DNA of 63,161 bases, filler included, from Saprolegnia diclina VS20 (Eukaryota): assembly GCF_000281045.1 (NCBI RefSeq). It is 6 parts of 2 records of this genome, joined end to end, with 100 filler letters (N's around TTAATTAATTAA, not from the genome) between each part and the next. Parts side by side here need not be neighbours in the genome. Positions count along the whole stretch, not along the records: positions 26,700 to 56,140 come from NW_008246074.1; positions 56,241 to 58,261 come from NW_008246076.1; 4 more parts are not named here. One strand, given 5' to 3'. The notes under the pieces were generated by a model. It made no database searches, had not been told where the DNA came from, and was given only the letters and a program-made list of their open reading frames with translations. Below, in pieces: positions 45,450-56,310 of this stretch. Both the position numbers and the translations under genes were made by a program. How positions within the stretch are numbered: position 1 is the first letter of the stretch; each line of letters starts with the position of its first letter.

Positions 45450-47156
45450 ATGGACAGCGCGGTTCAGTACACATCATATCTCGGCCACGCCGCGCTCGAT
45501 GCACTGAGCCCCCTCGCCGTCTCACTGCCCATCAGTGAGTATGTCACCGAAGCCACCGTCACGACCATGTACACCAAGCTCATTGCGATCGGCTGGATCC
45601 TTGTTTCCAAGCTCGCGGTGGCCATTACCTTGCAGTGCTACATCAAGTACCTTGGCCGCACCGACGACACCAAGGCGCACCGGACCGCGCTTGTCGTGGC
45701 GCTGCACGGCAGCAGCAGCGAGCAACTACTCACGCTTTACGAGGGTCGACGGCAACTGCCAGGTGCCATCGTCGCAGCCGTGGCCATGGGTCTCCTGTCA
45801 CAACTCGCTGACCTCGCCGTGCCGCTCTTGGTGAGCTCGGTCGTCGTCGCAAGCGAGATGAAGAGCGACGGCTCCGACTCCTTTGTGCGCGACCACATGC
45901 TCTCTTACGACCCCGAGTTGGGCGTCGATTTCAACCTCTCAATGACTTTGCACAAATCGATCCAGAGCAGCAACATGGTGTCGTCCATCTCGAGCTCCAT
46001 GGTCGAGTTAGCGGCGGCCGGTGTCTTTGCCGTCGCCAACAGGAACCGAACGTGGACACCGCGCCATGGCAACCGCACACTGACCGTCGCGCCATCGCTC
46101 GTCCTTCAAAGCGATGCTTTCACTGGCATTTACGTGCACCCGGGCGTCCAAAGGGTCATCGACGGCACGGTCGCCAATGGGTCGAGTCGGCAAGCACTCG
46201 AGTTTCTGACGCCGGCGCTTCTCGTCTCGCACCGGTGTGGCCTTGTCCACTTAGAAGATGCGGCAACGCCGGCACGACTGAACAAAACCGATCCGTCGAG
46301 CTACCCGTCGTGGTTTGCAGCAGCCATGGGCGAGCCGTGGCCACCGCAGATGCTCTACAACAGCTCGGGCACGGCCAACGCAAGTCTGATCTATCTCAGC
46401 GGCATCACGACACCCGACAACATTGGTCTTGACGTCTCGACATCGGTGCCGAATGCAGCCAACGAGCTGCTCTTTGGGGCGATTCGAACTGTGAACGCAA
46501 CGTACGCGCTGCCAACGACACCGGTCGCTGCCCTCCTCGGGTACGACTGCCCGGGCACCGTAGTCACGGGGTTTCTTCGCATCCATATCAACGCAACCGA
46601 CGTCCATGTTTTGTCGATCGAAAACCAAACGGCAATCTCCAACCTCGGAAGCGCGCCAAAATCTGCTGCCACCAAAGATTCGGACAAGTATGAACTGACG
46701 TACAATGACGTCGTCACGTCGGGGGGCATGGTCCTCGGTGCGCCTGTCTACTGCGGGTGGTTCCTCCTACAATTGCAGTGTGGCAACTGCACGCCAGGTA
46801 TCGAGAGCCTCGCACAATTGCTCGGCCTCGCCGTGACGCTGGAAGGGACCATGCAAGGCGCGCACTGGATATCGGTGGGCGGGACTCAGTCGGCGCTGGC
46901 GGCCGTGTCGCCCGTGTACTACGCTGGACGAGACGTGTACGTGCTGCGGGTTGTTGCCAACTCGGCGCTCCTCGTCGCCGTTGGTAGTCTTGTGGTGCTT
47001 TTGACGGCGATGTACGTTCTCGGCGTTGTCCAAGGGCGACGCACCGAAGGTCTCGAGGATCTCACGGAGCTCCGGTCGTTTCGAAAGTGGGATGGAGCGG
47101 GCGCTACGGTGCTCGGCCACGACGCGTACCTCACGATTGCACCCCACCACGCATAG
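45450..47156 (+). CDS. Multi-pass membrane protein with large N-glycosylated loop, unknown function
   Basis: 568-aa single exon; hydrophobic segments near the N-terminus and one near the C-terminus; many NxS/T sequons. Confidence 0.8.
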   Translation: MDSAVQYTSYLGHAALDALSPLAVSLPISEYVTEATVTTMYTKLIAIGWILVSKLAVAITLQCYIKYLGRTDDTKAHRTALVVALHGSSSEQLLTLYEGRRQLPGAIVAAVAMGLLSQLADLAVPLLVSSVVVASEMKSDGSDSFVRDHMLSYDPELGVDFNLSMTLHKSIQSSNMVSSISSSMVELAAAGVFAVANRNRTWTPRHGNRTLTVAPSLVLQSDAFTGIYVHPGVQRVIDGTVANGSSRQALEFLTPALLVSHRCGLVHLEDAATPARLNKTDPSSYPSWFAAAMGEPWPPQMLYNSSGTANASLIYLSGITTPDNIGLDVSTSVPNAANELLFGAIRTVNATYALPTTPVAALLGYDCPGTVVTGFLRIHINATDVHVLSIENQTAISNLGSAPKSAATKDSDKYELTYNDVVTSGGMVLGAPVYCGWFLLQLQCGNCTPGIESLAQLLGLAVTLEGTMQGAHWISVGGTQSALAAVSPVYYAGRDVYVLRVVANSALLVAVGSLVVLLTAMYVLGVVQGRRTEGLEDLTELRSFRKWDGAGATVLGHDAYLTIAPHHA

Positions 47157-48228
47157 AGCTTCTAACGACGACGACGACGGATCGTAATGCTATTTACTCG
47201 CAGATTGGGTTTGTCCATCATTCCTGAGGTAACCCTTTTACGAGAAAGAGCGTGTCCACGGGTGGCGGTGTGCGCCGCACCTTCTTGGATTCTTAGGACA
47301 AAAGATCGCCATCCCGTCGCATTGTCGCCGCGGGGACATCTCGTGTGACACTGATTCGCACCACGATATTCGAAATGGGCAACGCGCTCTGGCGTATAGA
47401 CGTATAGACTCATTTTGACTACCGCATTTCAACGAAAACAGATTCTGTGCTGCCACGCCATCATGACAAAGATAGAAAAGGTATCCACTGCTGGCAAAAC
47501 GTGCGCTTGAGCTGTGCGCTTGGTGATTTGTTCCTTCCTCGTGAGAACCGTCGATCTATTTGCCCGAGAATCGGAGTCGCTTCCTCGTGTGCGTTCCGGG
47601 GCGCGACATATGTGTCCTACGCCCCGTCGTCAGTCCGCCACAGAGCCCATTCCATATTTGTTTTGGCCGTGTCCAGCAACTGGCAGACAGTAGGTACCTT
47701 CCGATAGGCTGTGCAATGTCACTGTCTAGCAATCGGCTCATAGCGTTTGCCAGTCACGACTGCCAGTCACAGAGGGTGTATGAAAGAATAAGGTGGGCAG
47801 CCACCGACATGCCAAATCTTGAAACTGGCTGTCCAGTGGCATGGTCCAGCGGATCTTTTCCCAAATCAAATAGCGAGGCTAAACAAACGCAATGAAGCCA
47901 CGTCCTTACCTACCAAATGGCTCATACGAATGCTCTGTGGAGTTCAACGAGACGAAGATGCTAGGTTATGGTGCGCTGTATCAAATGTCTATGGCACAAA
48001 CGACTGCCGGCTTCCACACGGGCATGATCTTTTGCGGTGCCCCCTATTTGTTGCGTGCTCTTAGTCAGAACGTTGTCAATCGTGTTCGAAATTCGGGTGG
48101 CATGAGCTGGCAGCGTCCAAGCGCAGGAATTCAGATTCGAACTTCGATTGAGGCCAGAGAGATGGCCAGCAGGTCCGAGGGCCAACACTTGGCTTCGTCG
48201 CAGTTTGACATTTGCCGAGCAAGACACC

Positions 48229-48858
48229 ATGGCGTTCCTGCGCACGCTTCTTCTCTGCCTCGCGATTGCAGCGACGAGCATGGCATCGGAATGCGTCGAC
48301 GCCGACTTGACCGCGATCAACGCCAGCGCCTCGGGCTGCTCGAGCTTCAACATGACGACGTCGACCAACAGCTCGAACTTTGGTGCGTGGGATGTGTGCG
48401 CGACAGCGGCGTGCCAGAACCTCCTCACGCTCTACCGCAACTTGAACTGCACTGTGAACGGCCTCTCGGGCAGCGACATCGCTTTGATCACGTGTCCGGA
48501 TACGATTCTTCGCCCGCGCTACCGCCACCATCACGACGATCATGGTTGGGGCGATGACGACGACGACGACGAAAGCAGCTCGGTGTGGAACACAATCGTT
48601 CCGATCGTATTTGTCCTGTGTGTGGTCGCTGTCGGCATCTTTGTTTACAAACGCCATGGCCAGCAGATTCGCCAACGTCTCGGGTGGACGCCCAACCATT
48701 CGAACTCGTACTTTGCCGCTGCGACCGCCGCCGACGCCGACGTCTCAAACATCAAGTTTGCGGTGGCGAGTCATGGCACCGCTGTCCTTGTGCCAACAGT
48801 GCAACTCCAGGGCATCCAAAAAGATGCGCCGGCCGCCGTGCCACCCTCTTCCGTATAA
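48229..48858 (+). CDS. Elicitin-like type I membrane protein
   Basis: Signal peptide; six Cys in elicitin-like spacing (ECVD, GCSS, VCATAACQ, NCTV, TCP); HHHDDH/poly-Asp linker; TM IVPIVFVLCVVAVGIFVY; cytoplasmic tail. Confidence 0.75.
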   Translation: MAFLRTLLLCLAIAATSMASECVDADLTAINASASGCSSFNMTTSTNSSNFGAWDVCATAACQNLLTLYRNLNCTVNGLSGSDIALITCPDTILRPRYRHHHDDHGWGDDDDDDESSSVWNTIVPIVFVLCVVAVGIFVYKRHGQQIRQRLGWTPNHSNSYFAAATAADADVSNIKFAVASHGTAVLVPTVQLQGIQKDAPAAVPPSSV

Positions 48859-49185
48859 TCTCGAATACGATCTTATAACTCATCCACGCATTGGATTTGT
48901 CGGAAATCGCTAGCAAGGGTATTCCCCCTTGTCGCTAGCCAGCTACGTAGCTAGCTAGCTCGATCGATGGGTCGATGAATGCGGACACCAACACATCCGT
49001 TTTGAAATAAACTTGGGGTTTAACCTCGATCGATCTCTAATTGGTGGCTATTTCGACTTGCACAGCAGCCGTCCTTTCTATTTGCATGTGTCTTGCCTCT
49101 CTATCTAAATATACGACTCGAGATGGCGGGCCGGCAGAACCGTGCGACGGCAGCGCCCACAACTCAACTCGCCACCATTTGCATC

Positions 49186-49660
49186 ATGCTTCGCTCGTTC
49201 CTTGCCCTTGCTCTCTCGTCGGCTGCGCTTGTCGCGGCGCAGGAGCTGGCGCACATGTCCATTTCGATCGAGTGGGCCGATCGCTCGCATGGTAATAGCA
49301 CTACATATGGATGAGTTTGATCTAGTTTGTAGCCAACTCGGCGTGCCCTCGCGCCGACTCGGAGCTTGTGCGCCAGGGCCTCACCGCATACGCCTTCCGG
49401 TCAGCGAACGACACTAGCAACGCGTGCGGACACTGCATTCATCTCTGGACCAACACGGCCAACGTCACGGTGCAAGTCACCGGTACTGTCAACTGCTTTG
49501 CGATTTGATAACGAAAGTCTGTGGTGCAGATGTCGACGTCGCGATCGACAACTTTTTCGACTTGGAGATTTCGCGCAAGGCGTTTGCTGTCTTCCAGGAC
49601 TACGCCGTGGCGGGCGCGATCCGCGGTGTCAGCAGCGTCCCGGTCCCGTGCCCACCGTAG
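49186..49660 (+). CDS. Small secreted DPBB (expansin/loosenin/barwin-like) protein, 3 exons
   Basis: Signal peptide MLRSFLALALSSAALVAA; spliced frame ...ACGHCIHLW...VTVQVTD...FFDLEISRKAF...GAIRGVSSVPVPCPP* fits the DPBB pattern. Confidence 0.75.
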
Positions 49661-50254
49661 TCAACCTGTCCAAGTTGTCTGTGGTACTTCAGTGGACGTC
49701 GTGTAATAACGACAACTTTGATATGTTTCTTCGTGACGCCTACAACTCAGCCTCCAGAAACGGGGGAAGCGGAGAGCGAGATCGTGGACAGCAAGCTCGC
49801 AGCGAGATATCTCGGCGCTCGTTGGTTGGACAAAGAGCTCAACCACACAATGTATCGCGCAGAAATTCGTTGTTCCCGTCGCGCCAATGTTGCAGCTCAA
49901 ACCACTACTACGACCTCGGCACATAGTGTATCTGATTGGTGCTGGGCCTTTCCAATACCTCGATGCGAGTAGTCCATTTAAGGTCTTGATCGTCCTCATG
50001 CCGACGACTCGTACCCGAACGGTCGACACCCGATTCTAAAATGTTGTTGGGCTGTCTTGTTGAGCACTCGGTTGAGAAACGAGGTCAAGGCTGGCGAACT
50101 CAGCTGCCAACACTGTACTAGCAGCGCGACACGATGTGTTCGTCGTGGTCGGACTAGTTAGGCCGTGGAGCTACGGGCCACAACCCTACCCTACCCCCAT
50201 CACCGACATCGCAAGCAAGCGACAAGTGCAAACAAATCTAGATTACGCAACCTT

Positions 50255-51712
50255 TTACGGAAGGCAGCGCACGATCTTGGCGACGAGACCGTCCATGTCG
50301 GCCGTCGTCAGCTGCGGGTGGCAGAGCGCAATGCGGAGGACGACACCGTGGTGCGCGGTCACTGTGTGCACAAAGTGGATGCCTTCGGTCTGGTTGAGGC
50401 GCTCCATGACCGCCATGTTGGCTGCATCATCCGCGTTCTTGACGCGGAAGCAGACGAGGCCAAAGTCGACTTGGCGCACAATCTCAATGCGGTTCGTGTC
50501 TGAGAGGCCCGACGCGAGGTACTTGGCGAGCGAGATGTGGCGCGAGAGCACGTCACGGAAGCCCTGGAGCCCCATGCTGTTGATCGTGCAGTACGCCTTC
50601 AAGCTCCGGAACGGCCGGCCGAGGCCGAGCTGGTAGTCCTTGAGGTCAAACACCTTGTTGTCGGCCGTGTGCTTGTTCTCAAGGTACGAGCCGGTCGCGT
50701 TGAGCGCGCGGACGACGTACTCTTTCTGCGTAAAGAACATGAAGCTCGAGTTGAAGAGGAGGTTGAACCATTTCGAGCCGTTGATCAAGACCGAGTCGAC
50801 GAGGTCGAGGCCGCGGAGAAGCGGGCGCATCTCGGGGAGGATCGCGACGACGCCTGCATACGCCGCGTCGAGGTTAAGCCACGCGTCGTACTTGGCGGCG
50901 ACGGCGGCGATCGCAGGCACATCGTCGATGGCGCAGACGCCGGTGGCGCCAAAGTTGGCCGAGACAAAGAACGGCAAAAGACCGTTCGCGACGTCGTCAG
51001 CCATGGTCGCCTCGAGAAGCGCCGAGTCCATGGCGTAGTTGCCACTCGCGTCATCGTACACAGAGGCAATCTTGCGCAAATGCGTGACGCCGAGGACCTT
51101 GCTCGCCTTCTCGACACAGAAATGCGACTGGTCACTGTAGTAGCTCACGAGCGCGTTGAGCGAAATGTCCGGGTTGGACGCGAGCTTGCGCGTGCGGGCG
51201 CTCACCTGCGCGACGATCATGCCCTCGGTCGCGCTCGGCTGCATGACGCCACCGCCACTGCTGCCCCACGACATGGTCTCCGGCAACTCAAAGGCTTCGC
51301 GGAGCCAGTCCATGACGTGGAGCTCGAGCTCGGTCGCGGCCGGCGAGCAGATCCAGTTGAAGCCCGGCTGGTTCATCGCGCTCGCCATCATGTCGCCAAG
51401 GATCGCGGACGGCGCAGCCATGGACGGAAAGTACGCATAAAAATCGGGGTGCTGCCAGTGCGTCATGCGGGGCACGACTTGGTCCTGGACGTCGGCCATG
51501 ATCTGCGACCACGCGACCGGGTGCTCGGGCGCCTTCTTGGCCAACGCGCGGCGCAAGTCGCCCGGCTGGCACGACGGCAAGACTGGGATCTGGCGCGCGT
51601 GCAGCTGCTTTTGGTAGTCGACGATAAAGTCGATGGTCGCGTGTGCGTTGGCGCGGAACTGCTCCCAGTCGTAGTCGCTCGGGATCGGCGGCAGCTCGGG
51701 CGTCGGGGTCAT
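50255..51712 (-). CDS. PLP-dependent aromatic-L-amino-acid decarboxylase, copy 2 (intronless, no presequence)
   Basis: Same motifs as copy 1 (THWQHPDF, DAAYAG, NGSKW, DYQLGLGRPFR); ATG at 51712 (MTPTPELPP). Confidence 0.95.
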   Translation of the reverse strand: MTPTPELPPIPSDYDWEQFRANAHATIDFIVDYQKQLHARQIPVLPSCQPGDLRRALAKKAPEHPVAWSQIMADVQDQVVPRMTHWQHPDFYAYFPSMAAPSAILGDMMASAMNQPGFNWICSPAATELELHVMDWLREAFELPETMSWGSSGGGVMQPSATEGMIVAQVSARTRKLASNPDISLNALVSYYSDQSHFCVEKASKVLGVTHLRKIASVYDDASGNYAMDSALLEATMADDVANGLLPFFVSANFGATGVCAIDDVPAIAAVAAKYDAWLNLDAAYAGVVAILPEMRPLLRGLDLVDSVLINGSKWFNLLFNSSFMFFTQKEYVVRALNATGSYLENKHTADNKVFDLKDYQLGLGRPFRSLKAYCTINSMGLQGFRDVLSRHISLAKYLASGLSDTNRIEIVRQVDFGLVCFRVKNADDAANMAVMERLNQTEGIHFVHTVTAHHGVVLRIALCHPQLTTADMDGLVAKIVRCLP

Positions 51713-52379
51713 GCTTGGGGGATGGAGTGCAAAAGGCAAAGTGATCGATCGTCACCGCGTTGAAGTTGCCGATATTGTCTTTTTATTGCAATATTTTAAG
51801 TGAATTAAGTATTTGTATGCAGATGCGTGAAATACATTGGATGCGTGGCAGGGGCTGGGGTCGCGCGCCTAATTAGGCTTTGTGTTGTGCACTAGGAGAC
51901 GCGCCTTGTTTGGATATAATAGTGTGAGGAAAGCATCGACATCGCTTGGAGCCATGGAACAAACTGTTTTCTTGTCGGCAAAGTATGCTAGCATACTATA
52001 GTAGACATACATTTTGTGCACGTTGCTGTTCTCGCTTGTTGGGAGGCTGTGTGCGAGCTCGCGCCGGGGCGCTCCCGGGGGATGATATAACTCTATATAA
52101 ACATACGTAAATAGTGTCATGGAGCTTGTAATCGGAGCCAAAATGATTATTCCTGATTTCAAATCGACACATGTGGCGGCGATCTTGGTGTCCTCGAATC
52201 TGCAGCAAAACGAGCCTCGTCCGTCGAGAGCGGGACGCATGTGAAGCTACCACGACAGTCTTATACTCAGTTGCATCATAATCGATGACATACGCGACCT
52301 TGAAGCGCAGCGCTACCGGTTGCGAAGGTCATCCTGTCGGTTGACGCCCTTCTCGCACTGCAACACATCATGGCATGGC

Positions 52380-52539
52380 CGATGATGGCGGTCGCAGATG
52401 GTGCCATCATAGATCACTGGATGCTTCTGTAAAATAAGTTATGTGACTGGATTATCGCATCTCTAGAGATCTAAAGAACGATGCCGTCATTCCACCGGCG
52501 CACGAGCGATGATGGCGGCCACAGACGGTGCCGTCATAA
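52380..52539. repeat. Pair of ~32-bp imperfect direct repeats
   Basis: cgatgatggcggtcgcagatggtgccatcata (~52380) vs cgatgatggcggccacagacggtgccgtcata (~52508). Confidence 0.55.
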
Positions 52540-53114
52540 CTCGAGCGACTTTGGCGCTCACCGCTGACGCTCCATGCAGACAATGGACGTCAAGTACCAA
52601 CGCCCGCGATTCGAATGCGCAAGCGGCCTCCTTCTTTGTGGCTTCATGCCGCACCAGGGAACACGAACGAACGCGACTCGCTGCGGCGTGAACTCTCTGG
52701 AATAAGAAATCAGAGCAGCAACGCAGGACTGAGCGCATTCTCCTCCACATGCACTGATATCATGCTCCTTCTAGAACCGGGTTCCACGCATCGACAGCCC
52801 TTATACTTCTGTCACCTCGAACGTCGCATCAAAAGTCGGCTCGCATCGTCCTGAGCACGTATGAGCTTTTCCGATTCCTCTCTCGCGTAAGCCACTAGAG
52901 AGGCTTGAGAGCGCGATCGTCGCACGACCTCTCTCCTGTGTGCTTAGCCCGCACGACCGATGATGGGCTATCACTCCTCGTCGGTCCACACCGCATGGCC
53001 AAGTATCCTGCGGTCTCCGAATCGAGCGATCTAGCAGCTACGGACTACTATAGTATGCCGTTTGTACTCCACCAATATAACCAAATGCACAAAAACAAAA
53101 GAATCTAGATAGGT

Positions 53115-54437
53115 TTACATTTGGGATTTTTCAACATCGAGGCGTTGTTGGAGGCCGACAGCGAGGTCCGACGCAGTCGGGCGCATGCTTGGGTCGTTGG
53201 ACATGCACTGGAGCGCGAGGACGCGGACCCACGGCGGGCAGTCGGACGAGAAGCTCGGCTTCATCGTGCCCCGGAGCACCTGTGCAATGAGGTTGGCGTC
53301 CGAGAGCATCTTGCCTTTGGCGTCGCGCTTGTCGAGATATGGGATTTGGTGCGTATCGAGTTCGGTCAAAATCACGCCAAATGAGAAAATGTCGGCCGCG
53401 ACGCTGTAGTGACCGTCCTTGAGCACTTCGGGCGCCATCCAGCGGTACGTGCCGACGCCCCGGGTCATGGTCTCGGTCGTCTCTTCGCGCGAGACGCCAA
53501 AGTCCGAGAGCTTGGAGCCCATGTGCGAGTCCATGAGGATGTTGCGCGACTTGAGATCACGGTGGATCACGGGCAGCTCGTGGAGGTATACGAGCCCCTT
53601 GGCAATGCAAAGGGCAATCTCGAGCTTCCACGCCCAGTTGACGTGCGCCCGGGGATGCACTTTGAGAAAGTCCTTGAGGTCGCCCGAGTCCATGTACTCC
53701 ATGACGCAGCGAATGCGTGACGGATGCGAGTAAATGGCGCCGTAAAACCGGACAATGTACGGCGAGTCGAGACGCGCCATGAGCTTGATCTCGTCGATGA
53801 ACGCTTGGATGACCTTGAGCTTGCGCTTCTCCTTCAAGACCGACTTGACCGCGACCGTCGTCTCCCCGAGGTACGTACCGAGGAAGACCTCGCCAAACGC
53901 GCCTTTGGCGACACGCGCCGTGATGACGACACTGGCTTTTGGTAGCCGCCATTTCGGATCAAAGTCATCAAGCGCATCATCGACTTCGGAGAATGCCGAG
54001 TCGGTGACGTTGGGCTTGGGAGGCTCGGCTGACGACGCTCGGTGGCCTTGATTTGGTACGGTCGGCTTGTCCGAGTTGTTGGCCGAATTCTGGGACCCGG
54101 GTTTGTTGTGGTCACTGCCATCCTGCTGGCTGCTGCTCTTGATTTGACTGCTACGGTTGTGGTTGTTGCTGTTGTTCGTGCTGTTGATCGTGGTTGGCTT
54201 GCGCGGTGACATCATTGGCGGGCGGCTCGAGGGCGGCGAGAGCGTCGGTGGGCCCATGATGATATGGTCGTCGAATGGTTGCTGGAGCTCGTATACCTGC
54301 GGTAAGAGGCCTTGCGACCGCGCGTGCTTCTTACGCCAATAGAGAAAGAGACCGAGAAGCGTCAAGACGATCACGACTGTGCAGACGATCACGACGACGA
54401 TGAGCGTCGAGGACGACGTGGTGTCGTCGCCTGCCAT
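53115..54437 (-). CDS. Membrane-anchored TKL-family protein kinase without ectodomain
   Basis: MAGDD.. followed directly by TM LIVVVIVCTVVIVLTLLGLFLYW; GAFGEV, VAVK, HRDLKSRN, DFG, WMAPE; Inr-like tcacttt upstream. Confidence 0.93.
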   Translation of the reverse strand: MAGDDTTSSSTLIVVVIVCTVVIVLTLLGLFLYWRKKHARSQGLLPQVYELQQPFDDHIIMGPPTLSPPSSRPPMMSPRKPTTINSTNNSNNHNRSSQIKSSSQQDGSDHNKPGSQNSANNSDKPTVPNQGHRASSAEPPKPNVTDSAFSEVDDALDDFDPKWRLPKASVVITARVAKGAFGEVFLGTYLGETTVAVKSVLKEKRKLKVIQAFIDEIKLMARLDSPYIVRFYGAIYSHPSRIRCVMEYMDSGDLKDFLKVHPRAHVNWAWKLEIALCIAKGLVYLHELPVIHRDLKSRNILMDSHMGSKLSDFGVSREETTETMTRGVGTYRWMAPEVLKDGHYSVAADIFSFGVILTELDTHQIPYLDKRDAKGKMLSDANLIAQVLRGTMKPSFSSDCPPWVRVLALQCMSNDPSMRPTASDLAVGLQQRLDVEKSQM

Positions 54438-55964
54438 GATGGGTCCAAAAGTGACCGAGTAGCCAGCAATTACAACGCCATTTGTACATCCTGCGACGGC
54501 CAATCCCCGTCACCATCCGGATACAAAGATACGCCATTTCCCAAGAGTGTGCTCGTGCCCGAAACAAGCCCACCGTCGCAGCCATGTTCACGCAGTTTAG
54601 CGATGCTACACACGGAGCGCTGCTTGGATCGTGGACGCAACGCAGTGCGCAACTACTGTTTGCATGCGCAGCTGGCATGGACTACACACCTCCAAAGACC
54701 GTTTCCATCACCAAGTACCGTCGGGTATTCTAGGTCCGAGTCTTTGAGCTGAGCCTTTCGGTGCTTTCCATCTTCTGCTACGGTACTACCAGGGAAATTC
54801 CCTTGGGTACTACCGTCCTACTGATTGCTCTGCCGTTGCGAGAGGTTGGCGCTGGCGCCACTCGCCACGTGGCCAGCGAAGTTGACCTTCTTGGCACCCG
54901 CGGTTTGGATCGCGGTGCGACTGCCCACGCCGACGTCAGAGGGTCGTATGACACCACATTGTTGTGCCTGAATGGCGACCGTGCTCTCGTAATACTCGAA
55001 CGAAGCTCTGCATCCGCATTGTCCAGCTCCTGTCGTCCTGTCCAGGTCCAGGCGATGCGACACGGTGGAGAATATGCGTATCCGGATGGTCAAGTGCAAT
55101 GTGACAACTGGCTCGACGGGCGACGGCCTTTCTTTCGCCCATGTGAATGAGAATCATCACCTCACGAGGAGCATTTCGTCAACCATACCCAGTTTATACA
55201 CTACACGTCCGACTGCAATGATGCACAGTGCAGATGCGAGCGCAGTCAGCTGCGCGGTCGGTCGGCGCCAATTTTCATGCGCGCGCGGTCGCCGACCCAT
55301 CCCACTCGTTTTGCGAGCAGCATCAGATTCCGCATCAGGGTCAGGGTCGCCTCTCTGCACTGGACGCAAACGTCGTCGGACGCTTTGCGAATGCACATCG
55401 GGATCGTGCAAGGAAGAAAATCTTCGACGCATCACGTGGCGCTTCTGCGCGCGGAGAATACGACCAAGACAAATAGACTGTACGAGAGCGCCGTCGAGCT
55501 ACAACCTTACACGCTCCGTCATGCGTCCTTGCCGGGTCGACTCAAGCAATCGGTCGGTGCCTCGTGTTTTGGCAACGTTGGTTGACCGTGCTTTCGTACC
55601 CGGCCTCGTCTTGGCCATCGCAAGTCGGAGTGGCCTAGGGCTGCGCGGGGTCTAGTTCTCGCACGCTGCTATTTGAGCATCAATTGCGTTGATTCTCTGT
55701 CTGCATTGGTCAAGACATGGGCACCTCAGCAACTTCTTTCGAGGCAGCTGGCGGTTACAAGACGGCCTTTGGTGGCTTTGCGACGGTCCACGCCAACTCG
55801 ACGTTTCGCACTATATAGACGGCCGCGACGAGATACCGATATGCTAAAGTTTGTAGTCAAACGGCCTAGGGATCGGATATCTTTCGGCGCCAAGGGTTGC
55901 ACCGAGGGGGCGCCCACAACACCAAGCTGGCCATCATTTCAAAAAAGGACTCCGAGTCGGTACC

Positions 55965-56140
55965 ATGGTGCAAGCGTCCTTCGTTGTCGCAGTGATGGGC
56001 TTATTGTCTGCAGCGACAAGTCTCCAGGCGTCGCCCACGTGCCCCAACACCTTTCGCGAGGACAAGCAATTTGGCAACGCGGACTGCGACCGCAACTCGA
56101 TCTACAAGTGCTGCAGCCAGTGGGGCTGGTGCGGTGGCAC
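55965..56140 (+). CDS. Secreted protein with hevein/CBM18 chitin-binding domain (5' fragment)
   Basis: Signal peptide then ...CCSQWGWCG, the hevein signature; truncated by linker. Confidence 0.8.
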
Positions 56141-56240
56141 NNNNNNNNNNNNNNNNNNNNNNNNNNNNNNNNNNNNNNNNNNNNTTAATTAATTAANNNN
56201 NNNNNNNNNNNNNNNNNNNNNNNNNNNNNNNNNNNNNNNN
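56141..56240. other. Artificial contig linker
   Basis: N-TTAATTAATTAA-N, 100 nt. Confidence 0.97.
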
Positions 56241-56310
56241 GATATGAAATGCCATTTGTTGAGAAGTTAAAAAGCAAAACGAAAACGAGAAATGCCACGC
56301 CAGGAATCTT

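Noticed and set aside
48930..48975. GCTA/GATC palindromic run as a terminator or element end
   Set aside because: Low-complexity simple repeat with no partner end or target duplication.
54500..55440. Upstream ectodomain exons for the TKL kinase
   Set aside because: No convincing spliceable coding frame found, and an Inr-like element lies just before ATG 54437.
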